From the NCBI GenBank assembly GCA_045643405.1, contig JAZUKS010000084.1, positions 1,299 to 65,298 of the forward strand: 64,000 nt of DNA, written 5' to 3'. The position numbers and the translations under genes are program-made. The notes beneath the pieces were generated by a model. It made no database searches. It had not been told where the DNA came from and saw only the letters and a list, made by a program, of their open reading frames with translations. Shown here piece by piece: positions 9,765 through 19,904 of the stretch; within the stretch, counting starts at the first letter, position 1; the number at the start of each line of letters is the position of its first letter. The stretch comes from Bacteroidaceae bacterium. Lineage in GTDB: Bacteria > Bacteroidota > Bacteroidia > Bacteroidales > Bacteroidaceae.

Positions 9765-11324
9765 TTACAGATTTGCTATTGCAAACTGCATACGACGCAA
9801 CACCTCATCCTTGCCCAGGAATGCAGCCAACTCATACATATCAGGACCCTGGCCAGCACCAACGAGGCACACACGCCAAGCGTTCCAGGGACGCAACTGC
9901 TCTGCCTCAACCCAAGGATCGATTTCTGCCTTCAAGCCTTCTGCAGAGAAGTCTGCCACCTGAGCCAGACGGTCTGCAAAGCGACTCATCTCACCAGCGG
10001 TCTCTTCCTTCCAATTCTTCTTGATAAACTTATCCTCCTTGTCAAACTCTGTGGGAGCCACAAAGAAGAACTTGGTGAGAGGCCAAAGGTCGGAAGCAAA
10101 ACTAATATTGCGCTTCTTCTTGTTGCCCTGTCCGTCAACATACTCTATTACCTTGGTCTTCATCATGCGTACCACCTCTGCCATCTGCTCGGTAGTTGCC
10201 TCGATGCCCTGCTCTGCCAATACCTTTCCGTAGGCAGGAGCCCAAGCCTCATCAGGTTGCTGGATGAGATACTGGTGGTTGAACCAAGCTGCCTTGACAT
10301 AGTCAAACTTGGCACCATTCTTGGAACACTTTGAAAGGTCGAAATACTGTACCAACTCATCCAATGTCATCATCTCATCGTGTGCTTCACCAGGATTCCA
10401 TCCCAACAAAGCCAGGAAGTTAACAACGGCCTGAGGCAAGTATCCTTTCTCGCGGTATCCGCTTGAAATCTCACCACTCTTGGGATCATGCCACTCGAGA
10501 GGGAATACAGGGAAACCCAACTTGTCACCGTCACGCTTTGACAACTTGCCATTGCCTATAGGTTTCAGCAACAAGGGAAGATGTGCGAAACGGGGCATGG
10601 TGTCTGCCCAATCGAAAGCTTCGTAAAGCAATACATGAAGAGGTGCGCTGGGCAACCACTCCTCACCGCGGATAACGTGGGTAACCTCCATCAGATGGTC
10701 ATCAACAATGTTAGCGAGGTGATAAGTAGGCAACTCATCTGCACTCTTATAAAGTACCTTATCGTCAAGGATACTGCTGTTGATGACAACCTTACCACGA
10801 ATGATGTCGTCAACCTCTACATCACGACCGGGTTCAATCTTGAAACGCACCACATACTGATGTCCGCCAGCAATCAATGCATCGACTTCCTCCTTTGAAA
10901 GAGTCAATGAGTTGCGCATCTGCAAACGAGTGCTGGCATCATACTGGAAGTTCTCTACAGCGGCACGCTTGGCATCCAGCTCCTCAGGAGTATCGAACGC
11001 AATATATGCCTTGCCGTTGTCAAGCAGAACCTGCACATACTTCTTGTAGATGTCGCGACGCTCACTCTGACGATAGGGACCATGCTCACCGCCGAAGCTT
11101 ACGCCTTCATCAAACTGGATGCCCAGCCACTTGAAACTTTCGATAATATACTCCTCTGCTCCGGGCACAAAACGGGTAGAGTCGGTATCCTCTATACGGA
11201 AGATTAAATCGCCACCATGCTGGCGCGCAAAAAGGTAGTTATAAAGAGCCGTTCTGACACCACCGATATGAAGAGGACCGGTAGGACTTGGAGCAAAACG
11301 AACTCGCACTTTCTTGTCTGACAT
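9765..11324 (-). CDS. gltX: Glutamate--tRNA ligase
   Basis: 519 aa. Carries the class I motifs [21 protein letters not shown] (HIGH) and GKLSKR (KMSKS). Confidence 0.95.
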   Translation of the reverse strand: MSDKKVRVRFAPSPTGPLHIGGVRTALYNYLFARQHGGDLIFRIEDTDSTRFVPGAEEYIIESFKWLGIQFDEGVSFGGEHGPYRQSERRDIYKKYVQVLLDNGKAYIAFDTPEELDAKRAAVENFQYDASTRLQMRNSLTLSKEEVDALIAGGHQYVVRFKIEPGRDVEVDDIIRGKVVINSSILDDKVLYKSADELPTYHLANIVDDHLMEVTHVIRGEEWLPSAPLHVLLYEAFDWADTMPRFAHLPLLLKPIGNGKLSKRDGDKLGFPVFPLEWHDPKSGEISSGYREKGYLPQAVVNFLALLGWNPGEAHDEMMTLDELVQYFDLSKCSKNGAKFDYVKAAWFNHQYLIQQPDEAWAPAYGKVLAEQGIEATTEQMAEVVRMMKTKVIEYVDGQGNKKKRNISFASDLWPLTKFFFVAPTEFDKEDKFIKKNWKEETAGEMSRFADRLAQVADFSAEGLKAEIDPWVEAEQLRPWNAWRVCLVGAGQGPDMYELAAFLGKDEVLRRMQFAIANL

Positions 11325-11347
11325 AACGATATTTACATTATTTTCTG

Positions 11348-11355
11348 CAAAATTA
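11348..11355 (-). promoter_or_regulatory. Candidate -7 box (TAatTTTG on the minus strand) for gltX
   Basis: Plus strand reads CAAAATTA, 24 nt upstream of the gltX ATG. Confidence 0.4.
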
Positions 11356-11419
11356 CGACTTTTTTTCGTAATATTATGTATATTTTTCGTATTTTCGCAT
11401 CGAAATAAACTTTTAGCAA

Positions 11420-13609
11420 ATGAATCGCTATAATCATCCGAAAAATCTCACTTCGCGCGACATTATGTTTCGCATACTCGTTGTAGCATTAGGTATCGTG
11501 CTATTGTGTATCTTCTGTCCCCGTGAAACCACCACCCAGTTGCACTACAGGCTGGGCGAACCCTGGGATGGACAGGAACTCATTGCAAAGGATAGTTTTG
11601 ACATATACAAGAGCGATCTGGAACTTGCCAGGGAGCGCGACAGCATGCGCCGATACTACGAGCCTTATTACGAGAAGAGAGTCGACGTGTCGGAGAAGCA
11701 GATTCAGCGTTTCCTGCACGAATTGGACTCTGTTGCCGATGCCGACATGATTTCAAGAACCTTGGGACATATTGCCGTCAACAAACTCAAAGACGCCTAC
11801 GAACAAGGAATCCTGCCCGATAGCAGTTATGCCAATCTGCAGAACAACAGCATTAACCGTGTGCATATCTTTACGCTTAACGAAAGTGAGAATGCCACCA
11901 CCGACAAACTGAAATCGCAAAAGATGGTCTATAGCGAGATCATGACGGAGAATGAGACCCTGCACAACATGTTGCTCAAGATCAAGGTCAACCATTTCAT
12001 CCAGCCTAATCTCATCTATGATGCAACCAAGAGCATCAACCAGCAAAACGAGATTGACCAACTTGTGACCATCTTTGCCGGTCGCGTGCAGGCAGGCGAG
12101 AAGATCGTAGACAAGGGACAGATTGTGACACAAGCCATCCTCGACAAACTGATGTCGTACGAGAAGCACGAGATGGAGCGCCACAAGACACCCGGCGAAT
12201 TATGGAGTCAGTTGGGCGGTCAGGTACTCTACATCACGCTGATGATGGTATGCCTCTTCTTCTTCTTCAGTCAGTTCCGAAATGACTACACCCATAGTCT
12301 AAAGCACAGTCTGCTCATTTGGTTGTTGGTACTCATCTTCCCCATCATAACCTATATCCTGACGGCACACGAATGGGCAAGTCCCTATGTCGTCCCGTTC
12401 TGTATCCTGCCCATTTTCATACGAGTCTTCATGGATTCGCGTACCGCGTTCATCACGCACTTGGTTTGTATCATGCTGAGCGCTATTGCCATCGACAAGC
12501 CTTTTGAATTCGTCACCGTGCAAATGCTGGCAGGATTGATTGCCATCTATTCGCTCAAGCAACTGCAACAACGCTCCGAAGTCTTCATTGCCGTGGTGTA
12601 TGTGATTCTCATCTCCGAACTGGCCTATTTCTGTTTGGACCTTGTACACATGAATTTCTTCAATTCGCAAGGAGTAGACGGAAGCGTATACATCTACATC
12701 GCCACCAACGGAGGTTTGCTGTTGCTATCCTACCCCCTTCTCTTCCCCATCGAGAAAGTCTTCAAGTTCACCTCTACGGTGACATTGGTAGAATTGTCAA
12801 ACATCAACAACGATGTGCTTCGTCGCCTGTCAGAAGAGGCACCCGGCACCTTCCAGCACTCGATGCAGGTTGCCAACCTGTCGGCGGAGGTTGCCAACAA
12901 GTTAGGTGCCAATGCACAGTTGGTACGAACCGGTGCCCTTTACCATGACATTGGCAAGTTGAAGGAACCCGTTAACTTCACCGAGAACCAGAACGGATAC
13001 AACCCCCATAACAATCTGCCGTTCGAGGATAGTGCCCAGATTATCATCCAGCACGTCAAGTATGGTTTGGAACTTGCCAACAAGTACCGTCTGCCCCAGA
13101 GTGTAAAGGCTTTCATTGCCTCACATCACGGACGAAGCAAGGCGAAGTTCTTCTACGTGTCATATGTGAACCAGAATCCCGACAAGGAAGTGAACGATGA
13201 GATTTTCACCTATCCCGGTCCCAATCCCTCATCGCTGGAGGAGGCCATCTTGATGATGGCAGACTCTATCGAAGCCGCTTCACGAAGCCTGAAGGAATAC
13301 ACCGAGGAGAGTGTCAGCAACCTGGTAGACCGCATCATCGACACGCAAGTCAAAGAGGGATACTTCAACCATTGTCCCATCACCTTTGAGAACATCGAAA
13401 CTTGCAAGAAGGTCTTCAAGAATAAGTTAAAAAGCATCTACCACACCCGCATCAGTTACCCTGAATTGAAAAAGAGCGTAACGGAAGAGACACACAAACC
13501 TGTGTCGAATGCTGTAGTAGATAAAATCCTGGAGAACGTTCAGGCAGGGCAGGCAACGGAAAAACCTGCTCCCAACAAAGACGAGTTCAATCCACTTCAA
13601 AGTAGATAA
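11420..13609 (+). CDS. 7TM-receptor HD-domain phosphohydrolase (PgpH/YqfF-like)
   Basis: 729 aa. Has a large extracytoplasmic N-domain, seven hydrophobic segments (about aa 265-450) and a C-terminal HD domain ([10 protein letters not shown]...GALYHDIGK...ASHHG). Confidence 0.85.
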   Translation: MNRYNHPKNLTSRDIMFRILVVALGIVLLCIFCPRETTTQLHYRLGEPWDGQELIAKDSFDIYKSDLELARERDSMRRYYEPYYEKRVDVSEKQIQRFLHELDSVADADMISRTLGHIAVNKLKDAYEQGILPDSSYANLQNNSINRVHIFTLNESENATTDKLKSQKMVYSEIMTENETLHNMLLKIKVNHFIQPNLIYDATKSINQQNEIDQLVTIFAGRVQAGEKIVDKGQIVTQAILDKLMSYEKHEMERHKTPGELWSQLGGQVLYITLMMVCLFFFFSQFRNDYTHSLKHSLLIWLLVLIFPIITYILTAHEWASPYVVPFCILPIFIRVFMDSRTAFITHLVCIMLSAIAIDKPFEFVTVQMLAGLIAIYSLKQLQQRSEVFIAVVYVILISELAYFCLDLVHMNFFNSQGVDGSVYIYIATNGGLLLLSYPLLFPIEKVFKFTSTVTLVELSNINNDVLRRLSEEAPGTFQHSMQVANLSAEVANKLGANAQLVRTGALYHDIGKLKEPVNFTENQNGYNPHNNLPFEDSAQIIIQHVKYGLELANKYRLPQSVKAFIASHHGRSKAKFFYVSYVNQNPDKEVNDEIFTYPGPNPSSLEEAILMMADSIEAASRSLKEYTEESVSNLVDRIIDTQVKEGYFNHCPITFENIETCKKVFKNKLKSIYHTRISYPELKKSVTEETHKPVSNAVVDKILENVQAGQATEKPAPNKDEFNPLQSR

Positions 13610-15866
13610 CCGCAGCCTTGTACTTATCTTGTGCAAGGTAGTATTGGTGTGCCTGACGAAGACGGTTGCGCACCTCCTGCATATTGGCACTAAGCTCAAC
13701 TTTCAAAACAATCTTACGGATAAAAAGGTTCTGGATACGCGCCACGGGTGGCGTATCCGGACCTAATACTCTTTCTCCGAAAACCTTTCTCAGTAGCATC
13801 GCCATCTCATAAGCCAATCCGTTGAGCGTTGACTCGTAACGATGCTTCATATAGATGCTGACCAATCGGCACATGGGCGGATAGTGGAACATTCGGCGTT
13901 CCTCCATCTGGTCGTTATAGAGTGAGGCATAGTCGTTGTCTACCACCTGCTTGACGACGGGCAAGTCGGGTGTCTTGGTCTGCAGAATAACACGTCCCTG
14001 CTTGTTGCGACGGCCGGCACGGCCAGCCACCTGCGACATCATCTGGAAAGCATGCTCATAACTGCGGAAGTCGGGCATATTGAGCATGGTATCCGCATTC
14101 ATAATGCCAACCACGCTCACGTGGTCAAAATCCAAACCTTTTGTCACCATCTGTGTTCCCACCAGAATGTCGGTCTTGCCATGCTGGAAGTTCGACAATA
14201 TCTGCTCGTATCCCTGACGGCTACGTGTTGTGTCAAGGTCCATGCGCGCCACCGATGCCTCCGGGAAGATCTGCTTTATCGTATCTTCGATGCGTTCCGT
14301 ACCGAATCCCACATTATCCAATTGCTCACATTCGCAGTTGGGACATTTGGTAGGTATCATCGTCGTGTAGCCACAATAGTGGCAAGTTACCTGATTCAAT
14401 CGTTTGTGGAAGGTCAGGCTTACATCGCAATGCGGGCAACGGGGCACCCATCCACAAGTATGGCATTCTATCGTTGGCGCATATCCACGTCGGTTTTGGA
14501 AGAGAATGACCTGCTCCTTGTTGTCAAGAGCATTCTTCATCTCATCCAACAACACGGAAGTGAATGGACCCGTCATCATTTTCTTACGACGTTCCTCTGC
14601 CATGTTGACCACTTGGATTTCGGGCATCATTACCTGCTGATAGCGTTCAAAGAGTTCCACCAAACCATACTTGCCATTCTTGCAGTTATAGTACGTCTCG
14701 AGCGAGGGCGTTGCCGTTCCCAGCAACGTCTTGGCACCTGCCATGTACGCCAGCATCAATGCCACATTGCGTCCATGATAGCGGGGTGCTGGGTCTTGTT
14801 GCTTGAAACTGGTTTCATGTTCCTCATCCACTATCACCAGACCCAATTTCTGAAAGGGAAGGAATACAGACGAACGTACACCCACGATGATTTCGTAGGG
14901 AGACTTAGATAGTTGCTTCTGCCAGATTTCCACTCGCTCTGCATCCGAGTACTTGGAATGATACACGCCTAACCTGCCACCGAAGACACGCTTCAAACGG
15001 TTGACAAGCTGTGTGGTCAGCACAATTTCGGGGAGCAGATACAGCACTTGCTTCTTCTGCTCCAGTGCCTGATGAATAAGATGTATGTAGACTTCTGTCT
15101 TTCCGCTTGATGTTACACCATGAAGCAGACAGACATTGTGACTCTCGAACTGTTTGTTTATATTGTCCAACGCAAACTGTTGGGCAGGACTGAGCATGTG
15201 AAGCACCATTTCGGTGGGCATCTCATCATGCTCCAATCGGTCCACTTGCTTGTCGTAAGATTCCAGTATACCCTTCTCAGCAAGGGCATTATAAATGGTG
15301 GTATTGCAGTCTGCTTGCTTGAGCAGTTCCAGTTTCTCTACTTCGAGCAGAAGAGAAGGATTCTTCAACGTGAGCGAAGCTGCAGCCTTGCTCATGTCCA
15401 GGTACTTCATCAACAAGGCAACCTGCTTTGGCGAGCGTTTCAGTTCAACTAATACACTCACTATCTTCGACTCGTCAAAGTATGCCTCGGTGAGTCGCAC
15501 GCATTGCACAAGCTTGGGTTTGTAACTGCTCTCCTCATCTTGCTCTTTCAATCCACTGGGAAGGGCCGCCTTATAAACCGTACCAATAGGACAGAGGTAG
15601 AACTCTGCCATCCATTGCCATAGTTTCAACTGGGAAGGAAGCAAGATGGGATCGTCTTCCAGCAGAGCAATCGCTTCCTTGATTTGGTAACCGCCCTGTG
15701 GTTTTTCATCGTGCACACGTTGCACGATGGCTGAATAGCTTTTCTTGGCGCCAAAGGGAACCGTAAGACGACATCCTACCTGCACCTTGTACTTCAGATG
15801 GGCGGGCAAGGCGTACGTGAAAGTACCTTCCAGAGGAAGGGGAAGGATGACGTCAACGTAGTTCAT
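13587..15866 (-). CDS. priA: Primosomal protein N' (replication restart helicase)
   Basis: 759 aa. Walker A is LLHGVTSSGKTEVY and the DEAH-type box is VIVDEEHE. The Cys-rich zinc region is CHTCGWVPRCPHCDVSLTFH...CHYCG...CPNC. Confidence 0.95.
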   Translation of the reverse strand: MNYVDVILPLPLEGTFTYALPAHLKYKVQVGCRLTVPFGAKKSYSAIVQRVHDEKPQGGYQIKEAIALLEDDPILLPSQLKLWQWMAEFYLCPIGTVYKAALPSGLKEQDEESSYKPKLVQCVRLTEAYFDESKIVSVLVELKRSPKQVALLMKYLDMSKAAASLTLKNPSLLLEVEKLELLKQADCNTTIYNALAEKGILESYDKQVDRLEHDEMPTEMVLHMLSPAQQFALDNINKQFESHNVCLLHGVTSSGKTEVYIHLIHQALEQKKQVLYLLPEIVLTTQLVNRLKRVFGGRLGVYHSKYSDAERVEIWQKQLSKSPYEIIVGVRSSVFLPFQKLGLVIVDEEHETSFKQQDPAPRYHGRNVALMLAYMAGAKTLLGTATPSLETYYNCKNGKYGLVELFERYQQVMMPEIQVVNMAEERRKKMMTGPFTSVLLDEMKNALDNKEQVILFQNRRGYAPTIECHTCGWVPRCPHCDVSLTFHKRLNQVTCHYCGYTTMIPTKCPNCECEQLDNVGFGTERIEDTIKQIFPEASVARMDLDTTRSRQGYEQILSNFQHGKTDILVGTQMVTKGLDFDHVSVVGIMNADTMLNMPDFRSYEHAFQMMSQVAGRAGRRNKQGRVILQTKTPDLPVVKQVVDNDYASLYNDQMEERRMFHYPPMCRLVSIYMKHRYESTLNGLAYEMAMLLRKVFGERVLGPDTPPVARIQNLFIRKIVLKVELSANMQEVRNRLRQAHQYYLAQDKYKAAVIYFEVD

Positions 15867-15872
15867 GAAAAA

Positions 15873-16946
15873 CTATCTCCTCTGACGACGGGCAGTAGAA
15901 CGGGGTGCAGAACCAGCTTCTTCTGTTGATTCCGACTTGCTATTGGTGCGACGGGTACGAGAAGCCTTACGCTCGGCAGCTACGGCTGCCTTCTGCGCTT
16001 TCTTCTCCTCCTTGCTGTTTACCGCCTGCTGGTTGTCAACCGAGTCAGTCTTCTCAACATGACCCCACAAATGCTCTTCAAAGTCAACCAACTGCTTATC
16101 GATGCGTTTCTGCTCCTTGACAACGGCAGAATCGGTCTTGCAATACTCCTTGATGGTCTTGCCCTGCATATTGTTGGTCTTGTAGATCTTACCATCATAA
16201 TGATTCAGGGTAAAATAATCATCGGCAGTCATATTGGTCACATTGTTGAGGTCGCTTGCCATAACGGGCAACTTAGCCAGATAGGGAGCAATGTCGTCGT
16301 ATTTCAGCCAGAAAAGGGCAATGAGATTTGAATAATCGTCAGAATCCTCCTCATCACCAAAACCGCCTCCCTCTACCATAATGGGGCAGATGGCAGTCAC
16401 CTTGGTATGGGTAGTTCCCGTGCGCTGGTCAAGATAACTGCTCTCCCTGATGTAATAGCGCTTTACAAACGCGCTGGGGATATCAGCATCCTCTACCGTT
16501 ATCTTCTTGTTTTGCCTATCCGTCTTGTAGTCAATATTTCTATCCTTCAGCAATTCCTCGATGTCAATCTCGTCCTTTGCCTCAAACGACTCAACACCAG
16601 TTACCACGTTGTACTGGTACGCCTTGACACGTCCCGTAATAATCAGACGGAACAGATAGGTGAACAGATTGCACTGGTTGTCGATTGGAGTCACAGGATA
16701 ATACAACGGAGCATTCTTATCCTTTGTCAGGTCGAGTTCGCGATACATATCACGTCGCCAAACCACATCCTCGGGCATAGCATCGCTGGTAGGAAATGAT
16801 ATCGAGAAACGGTCGCTTGCCTGAACGGCTTTCTGCTGTCCTCGCTGGGCAGCCTCGTTGGATGTGGTGGTTCTACGCTTGGCAGGTTGAGCCATCACAG
16901 ACATCGAGAATACACTCAGCAATATGAATATAAGACCTTTTTTCAT
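15873..16946 (-). CDS. porN: T9SS periplasmic ring protein PorN/GldN
   Basis: 357 aa with a signal peptide. The GldN-like core is VVWRRDMYRELDL..NAPLYYP...NLFTYLF. It is the last gene of the porPKLMN arrangement. Confidence 0.85.
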   Translation of the reverse strand: MKKGLIFILLSVFSMSVMAQPAKRRTTTSNEAAQRGQQKAVQASDRFSISFPTSDAMPEDVVWRRDMYRELDLTKDKNAPLYYPVTPIDNQCNLFTYLFRLIITGRVKAYQYNVVTGVESFEAKDEIDIEELLKDRNIDYKTDRQNKKITVEDADIPSAFVKRYYIRESSYLDQRTGTTHTKVTAICPIMVEGGGFGDEEDSDDYSNLIALFWLKYDDIAPYLAKLPVMASDLNNVTNMTADDYFTLNHYDGKIYKTNNMQGKTIKEYCKTDSAVVKEQKRIDKQLVDFEEHLWGHVEKTDSVDNQQAVNSKEEKKAQKAAVAAERKASRTRRTNSKSESTEEAGSAPRSTARRQRR

Positions 16947-16957
16947 AAATTCATTGA

Positions 16958-18508
16958 TTAATTTATTTTCAACTCCATTGCGCCCTTCAACGTACGCTCT
17001 GCGCCAGTTTTATCCTTGGCCTTGATTTTGGTAATGAAGAAACGCTTGCCTCGAGAGAGCTGACGCATAATGCTCTTTTGTTGCTCGGTAAAGGCAGAAC
17101 TCGTGGATACTTTCTCTACGCTCACACCAGTGTTGTCGAAGAACACGCATGTGAAACCGGTTACCTGGAAAGGTACGTTCAGCAAACCGTCATCGATACC
17201 GGCATGCAGATGCTCAGTTGCCATCAAGGTGCTCTTGCTGATGTTACCTCCGAAGAAGTGGTCGTCACCATCAATGATGTAAGCCGTTGGATCGGGCAAC
17301 TTGCGCACGCGGAACTTGAACTGTCCCATCTGCTGGGCACGGCCTTCGAGCTGGGCAGTAACCGTAAACACAGCATCGGTTCCCGCGCTGGTAGGTTCAG
17401 CAATGTACTTGCCTTCACCCTTGGATATGAGTTTGCCACCCGTCATGGTCAGACTGACCTTACCGTTGGGAATACCGGGCACGCTGACGCTCATGGGGTT
17501 CTCATAACCTGCATAAAGCACGTTCATGATGTCGGCACTTACCGTAGCACTGGGAGCCACAACCGTATATTGCTGTTCGAAGTCACGCTTTACCTTCTCG
17601 CCACTTCCGTTGATCATCTCAATGAAACCCTTCAGGGTGAACTCACCGGTACTTCCGCACACGGTTTCGTACACACCGTTCTCGCTCTTGAACTCCTTAC
17701 CACCAATAAAGATGGTAGGACGGTTCGTGGTATCGACTGCCGCCATGATAATCTGAGCGCTGAAACGTCCTCCCTGCACCACCGTTTGCGACTTGGGAAT
17801 AACGTAGGCATTCAGTTCGTTCACACGGATATCCTTGACGTCGATATTGCTGACCAGCTTATGCAACACCTCACCCTCGGCATAGCGAACGTCGTTCTGC
17901 AACTTTGTCAGCAAGGTTACGGCAGCACTGGTAGGCATGGTTTCAAACATATACTCCTGCCAGTTCTTGTTCAGTTCGATGCCCTTCTTGGGAACCTCTG
18001 TGGTAAGGTTGCTCTCGATGATCTTCTTTTGCTGAGGGTCATTCACCATCTTGAGAATATCCTCACGATAACTGTTGATTGCGTCGTAGAGTTCCTTGCC
18101 TCGTCCCGTTCCGGGAGCCAGCATGATGGAAGTAGCCGCTTCAAGGTCCTCGCGGTTGCGGATGTCGTGTACATCGCCATCCTCACCATCACTCTTCTTG
18201 ACGATAGCCACCTTCAGTTCCTCGGCCAGGTTGAAGAGTTTGTCGCTGATCTGGCGCACATACTGTGCCTTGTCATACCACTCCTTTACCTTTGCGGGAT
18301 TGCTCTTATACTGCTCTTCGAAGTTTTCGTAGATGCCCTGGTTCACCTCATTGGCGTTTTCGGTGGAACGGTTCAGACTCTCGTCAACGAGCGAGAAACC
18401 ATTCAGCACGTCGCTACTGACGTTGAGCGCCAGCATCGCCATCAGAACCACATACATCAGATTAATCATCTTTTGACGTGGGCTAACCTTCTTCTTCTTT
18501 ACTGCCAT
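16958..18508 (-). CDS. porM: T9SS motor/periplasmic shaft protein PorM/GldM
   Basis: 516 aa. The N-terminus SPRQKMINLMYVVLMAMLALNVSSDVLNGF is the conserved GldM TM helix and start. Confidence 0.9.
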   Translation of the reverse strand: MAVKKKKVSPRQKMINLMYVVLMAMLALNVSSDVLNGFSLVDESLNRSTENANEVNQGIYENFEEQYKSNPAKVKEWYDKAQYVRQISDKLFNLAEELKVAIVKKSDGEDGDVHDIRNREDLEAATSIMLAPGTGRGKELYDAINSYREDILKMVNDPQQKKIIESNLTTEVPKKGIELNKNWQEYMFETMPTSAAVTLLTKLQNDVRYAEGEVLHKLVSNIDVKDIRVNELNAYVIPKSQTVVQGGRFSAQIIMAAVDTTNRPTIFIGGKEFKSENGVYETVCGSTGEFTLKGFIEMINGSGEKVKRDFEQQYTVVAPSATVSADIMNVLYAGYENPMSVSVPGIPNGKVSLTMTGGKLISKGEGKYIAEPTSAGTDAVFTVTAQLEGRAQQMGQFKFRVRKLPDPTAYIIDGDDHFFGGNISKSTLMATEHLHAGIDDGLLNVPFQVTGFTCVFFDNTGVSVEKVSTSSAFTEQQKSIMRQLSRGKRFFITKIKAKDKTGAERTLKGAMELKIN

Positions 18509-18522
18509 ATATTTATTATTGT

Positions 18523-18530
18523 CAAAAGTA
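18523..18530 (-). promoter_or_regulatory. Candidate internal -7 box (TActTTTG on the minus strand) just upstream of porM
   Basis: Plus strand reads CAAAAGTA, 15 nt upstream of the porM ATG at 18508. Confidence 0.35.
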
Positions 18531-18540
18531 CTGGGTTAAA

Positions 18541-18630
18541 AGTCAATAAGTCAACGAGTCAATAAGTCAACGAGACAACAAGTTCTGTAAGTCAACGAGA
18601 CAACAAGTCAATAAGTTCTGTAAGTCACAG
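18541..18630. repeat. Array of four 8-9-nt words in the porL-porM spacer
   Basis: With A=AGTCAATA, B=AGTCAACG, C=AGACAACA and D=AGTTCTGTA, the contiguous string reads A B A B C D B C A D followed by AGTCACAG. Confidence 0.9.
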
Positions 18631-18778
18631 GCTCCCTCCCTATACATTTCGTCAAAGAACAAAAGTAGAGGGCGGGCGGAGAGTCTACAAGACATTGAGT
18701 TATCGAATTGCCGGAAGACCGTACCGACTCATCAGACATCAATTTATCGACCTAACAATCCCCATCCGTTTTCAACTT

Positions 18779-19852
18779 TCAATTCTGCACAGGAGGCATG
18801 CCTGCTGCACCACCCATATTCACGGTCAGAGCTGCAATCATGCGTGAGTACACACTATTGAGTTCTTCTATCTGCTTAGCCATGCGCTTGGTCTGTTCAT
18901 CAATCTGCTCGATGGTCGACACCTGCTTGCTGATGGTCTTAAGCTGCATCTCGTACACCTTGCAAATACCGGTAATCGTACGATTGAGATTCTCCATCTC
19001 CTCGCTGTCGGTACTCATCTTGTCGGCCTGAACCTTTACGCGACCCAGCGTCTCGGTGAGTTCCACCAACTCCTCGGCATAGTTCTTGACTGCCTCTTCG
19101 ATGCTGGCTGGGTCGGTTGCCTTGATAGCGGCCACGCTGATGCCTGCACCTGCGCCACCCTGCAACTGGCTCAATGCCAACTGCGCCTCTGCTGCAGCCT
19201 GTCCGGCAGCAGCCAGGTTTGCAGCGGCAGCACTCAAACCGGTGCCTGCTGCAATAGCATCAGGATCAAGGTTAGCGGGCTGACCAGAAACGGGAGTTTC
19301 ACCACTTACAACAGGACCACCCGTTACAACAGGACCGCCTGTAACCACGGGACCACCTGTTACGACAGGACCACCTGCCCAAACGGGACCGCTGGTCACT
19401 ACGGGCGAACCGGTATAAACAACACCAGGCTGGCTACCGCCAATCACTACAGGGCCGCTCTGCACCACACCTTCGGCGGGAACCATATTCTCGTCACCCT
19501 CTACGGGAGTACCTGTTACGATGGGACTGCCCGTCACGATGGGACCACCCATTACAGGTGTGCCAACCACACCGTTTACAACCACACCACCCTGCTGGTT
19601 CTGAGCAGCCTGCTCGGCCTCCGTGGGTTTCTCCGTGACACGCTCAAAGGCGGCAATGAAGAACACGAACACCTCAGTACCCATACCAACGAAAAGCATC
19701 AGGTTCGCTCCGGGAATGTGAGTCAGTTTAAACAAAGTACCCAAGATAACCACCGCAGCACCCCAGCTGTAGGCATACTGCATAAAGGTTTGTCCAGCAA
19801 AAGTGTCCATCCACTTTTGTATGCGGGCTATAGGATTCAATTTACTTGCCAT
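18779..19852 (-). CDS. porL: T9SS motor protein PorL/GldL with an expanded Gly/Pro/Val-rich linker
   Basis: 357 aa. The N-terminal two-TM segment is QYAYSWGAAVVILGTLFKLTHIPGANLMLFVGMGTEVFVFFIAAFE. The C-terminal region is predicted helical, and the gene sits between porK and porM. Confidence 0.9.
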   Translation of the reverse strand: MASKLNPIARIQKWMDTFAGQTFMQYAYSWGAAVVILGTLFKLTHIPGANLMLFVGMGTEVFVFFIAAFERVTEKPTEAEQAAQNQQGGVVVNGVVGTPVMGGPIVTGSPIVTGTPVEGDENMVPAEGVVQSGPVVIGGSQPGVVYTGSPVVTSGPVWAGGPVVTGGPVVTGGPVVTGGPVVSGETPVSGQPANLDPDAIAAGTGLSAAAANLAAAGQAAAEAQLALSQLQGGAGAGISVAAIKATDPASIEEAVKNYAEELVELTETLGRVKVQADKMSTDSEEMENLNRTITGICKVYEMQLKTISKQVSTIEQIDEQTKRMAKQIEELNSVYSRMIAALTVNMGGAAGMPPVQN

Positions 19853-19882
19853 ATCGTTTTTCTTTAGAAGTTATAGGAAAGT

Positions 19883-19890
19883 CAAAAGTA
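19883..19890 (-). promoter_or_regulatory. Candidate -7 box (TActTTTG on the minus strand) upstream of porL
   Basis: Plus strand reads CAAAAGTA, 31 nt upstream of the porL ATG. Confidence 0.3.
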
Positions 19891-19904
19891 AGTTATTGGT
19901 GAAG

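Noticed and set aside
13587-13609. 23-nt overlap of the convergent 3' ends of the HD-domain gene and priA.
   Set aside because: Tail-to-tail overlaps of this size are common and need no special explanation. I see no frameshift or alternative stop.
17078-18565. 495-aa plus-strand ORF, and similar long ORFs at 14052..14912, 25272..26486, 30513..32084, 41970..42824, 47014..47988, 51938..52765, 53195..54019 and 62602..63498.
   Set aside because: Each lies entirely antisense to, or nested inside, a gene with strong family motifs (porM, priA, the cargo genes, GH25, the DAACS transporter, susC, metF). Their translations are low-complexity (rich in V/G/L/H or R/S/T) with no recognisable motifs. These are typical shadow ORFs of GC-balanced coding DNA.
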